The position numbers were made by a program, and so were the translations under genes. A stretch of 63,446 bases of DNA, the filler included, from Reclinomonas americana ATCC 50394 (lineage: Eukaryota): the NCBI GenBank assembly GCA_048213135.1. It is 12 parts of 9 records of this genome, joined end to end, with 100 filler letters (N's around TTAATTAATTAA, not from the genome) between each part and the next. Parts side by side here need not be neighbours in the genome. Positions count along the whole stretch, not along the records: positions 62,323 to 63,446 come from PS015923.1; 11 more parts are not named here. One strand, 5' to 3'. Below are positions 62,559 through 63,446 of the stretch, piece after piece (position 1 is the first letter of the stretch; each line of letters starts with the position of its first letter). The notes under the pieces are model-generated. The model searched no databases. It was not told where the DNA came from and was given only the letters and a program-made list of their open reading frames with translations.

Positions 62559-63446
62559 ATGCGGCCAGTGCTGTGGGCAGCACTGCTGCTGCTGGTGAGC
62601 GCAAGAAGTAACAGACGCAGTTGTTGTCACAGTGCTCATTGAATTCGTGCAGTTGTGCACAGTGTGCATGGCAGTGGCAGTGGCAGCTGATGATGAGAGC
62701 GCATCAGGCAAGTGTCTGCCTGTGTGTCTCTCTGTGTGTCTCTTACTAACACACTGCTTGTGTGTGCAGAAGCGGCGTTTGAGTTGCAACAGCACAAGGA
62801 TGAGACGGAGGATTTGAGCGATGCAGTGAGCTTTGCGCAGGATTTGCGACTGCTGGAGTCCCTCGCGCAGCCGTCGTCGTCGTCCGACTATGCGCTGCTG
62901 GCGACAAGTGGCAAGTTGAACATGGACCTGCGTGAGCATCGTCTGCGTGGTGGCAAGAAGGTGCATCGTGAGGCGGAGGAGGATGATGAGCAGGAGGAGG
63001 AGGAGGCGGAAGATGAGGAAGAAGAGGAGGAGGAGGAGAAGAGCCAGGATCTTGTTGAGGTATGCTCTCTCTCTCTCTGTGCAGTGGTGGTGGCCACTGT
63101 GTAGTCTGACTGGTTCTGCAGCGTGGTGGCAGTCGCGGTGGTGGCAGTCGCGGTGGTGGCAGTCGCGGTGGTGGCAGCCGCGGTGGCGGCAGCAAGAAGA
63201 AGAAGAAGGGCGGCCTCAAGGGCAAGATGAAGAAGATGAAGAAGAAGGCGAAGAAGATGAAGAAGAAGGCGAGGAAGCTGAAGAAGAAGGCGAAGAAGAT
63301 GATGGGCGGCGACAAGGACGGCGACGACAATCAGGACGGCCAGGATGGCGAGAATGAGGACGGGCAGCAGCAGGGTGCGTGATTCTCTTGGCTGGTTGGT
63401 TGATGGTGTTTGGGTTCCTCATTGCGCGCGCAGATGAGGTGAACAA
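62559..63446 (+). CDS. Predicted secreted precursor: signal peptide, acidic region, (RGGGS)n, Lys/Met-rich cationic helix, acidic tail; runs off the window
   Basis: MRPVLWAALLLL|LCTVCMAVAVAADDESAS|EAAFELQQ...EHRLRGGKKVHREAEEDDEQEEEE...DLVE|RGGSRGGGSRGGGSRGGGSRGGGSKKKKKGGLKGKMKKMKKKAKKMKKKARKLKKKAKKMMGGDKDGDD..., with consistent intron phases including one GC-AG intron. Confidence 0.7.

Overview
Draft-assembly window from a gene-dense, intron-rich microbial eukaryote. It uses the standard genetic code and GT-AG spliceosomal introns filled with microsatellites and local minisatellites, and it contains many N-gaps plus artificial TTAATTAATTAA scaffold linkers. The taxon cannot be assigned from the sequence alone. 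Manual exon stitching gives about 17 genes: a possible FHA-like fragment, translin, a gamma-glutamylcyclotransferase-like protein, Rab GDI, an Erf4/GOLGA7-like tandem-domain membrane protein, ADAL, a membrane hybrid histidine kinase, an ankyrin protein, MGM101, a protein with an unrecognised repeat, a Pro-rich unknown, an intronless WD40 protein, a basic nucleolar-type protein and a secreted acidic/polycationic precursor. The main result is a contiguous four-gene cluster at about 12.2-32.7 kb for the lower kynurenine (tryptophan catabolic) pathway. It holds ACMSD, 2-aminomuconate semialdehyde dehydrogenase (ALDH8A1/AMSDH type), a bacterial-type RidA-family 2-aminomuconate deaminase, and a zeta-crystallin/QOR-type NADPH reductase lying head-to-head with the deaminase only 56 bp away. 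By inference, that reductase is a candidate for the oxalocrotonate-to-2-oxoadipate step, which to my knowledge has no assigned gene. All family calls come from motif recognition by eye; no searches were run.
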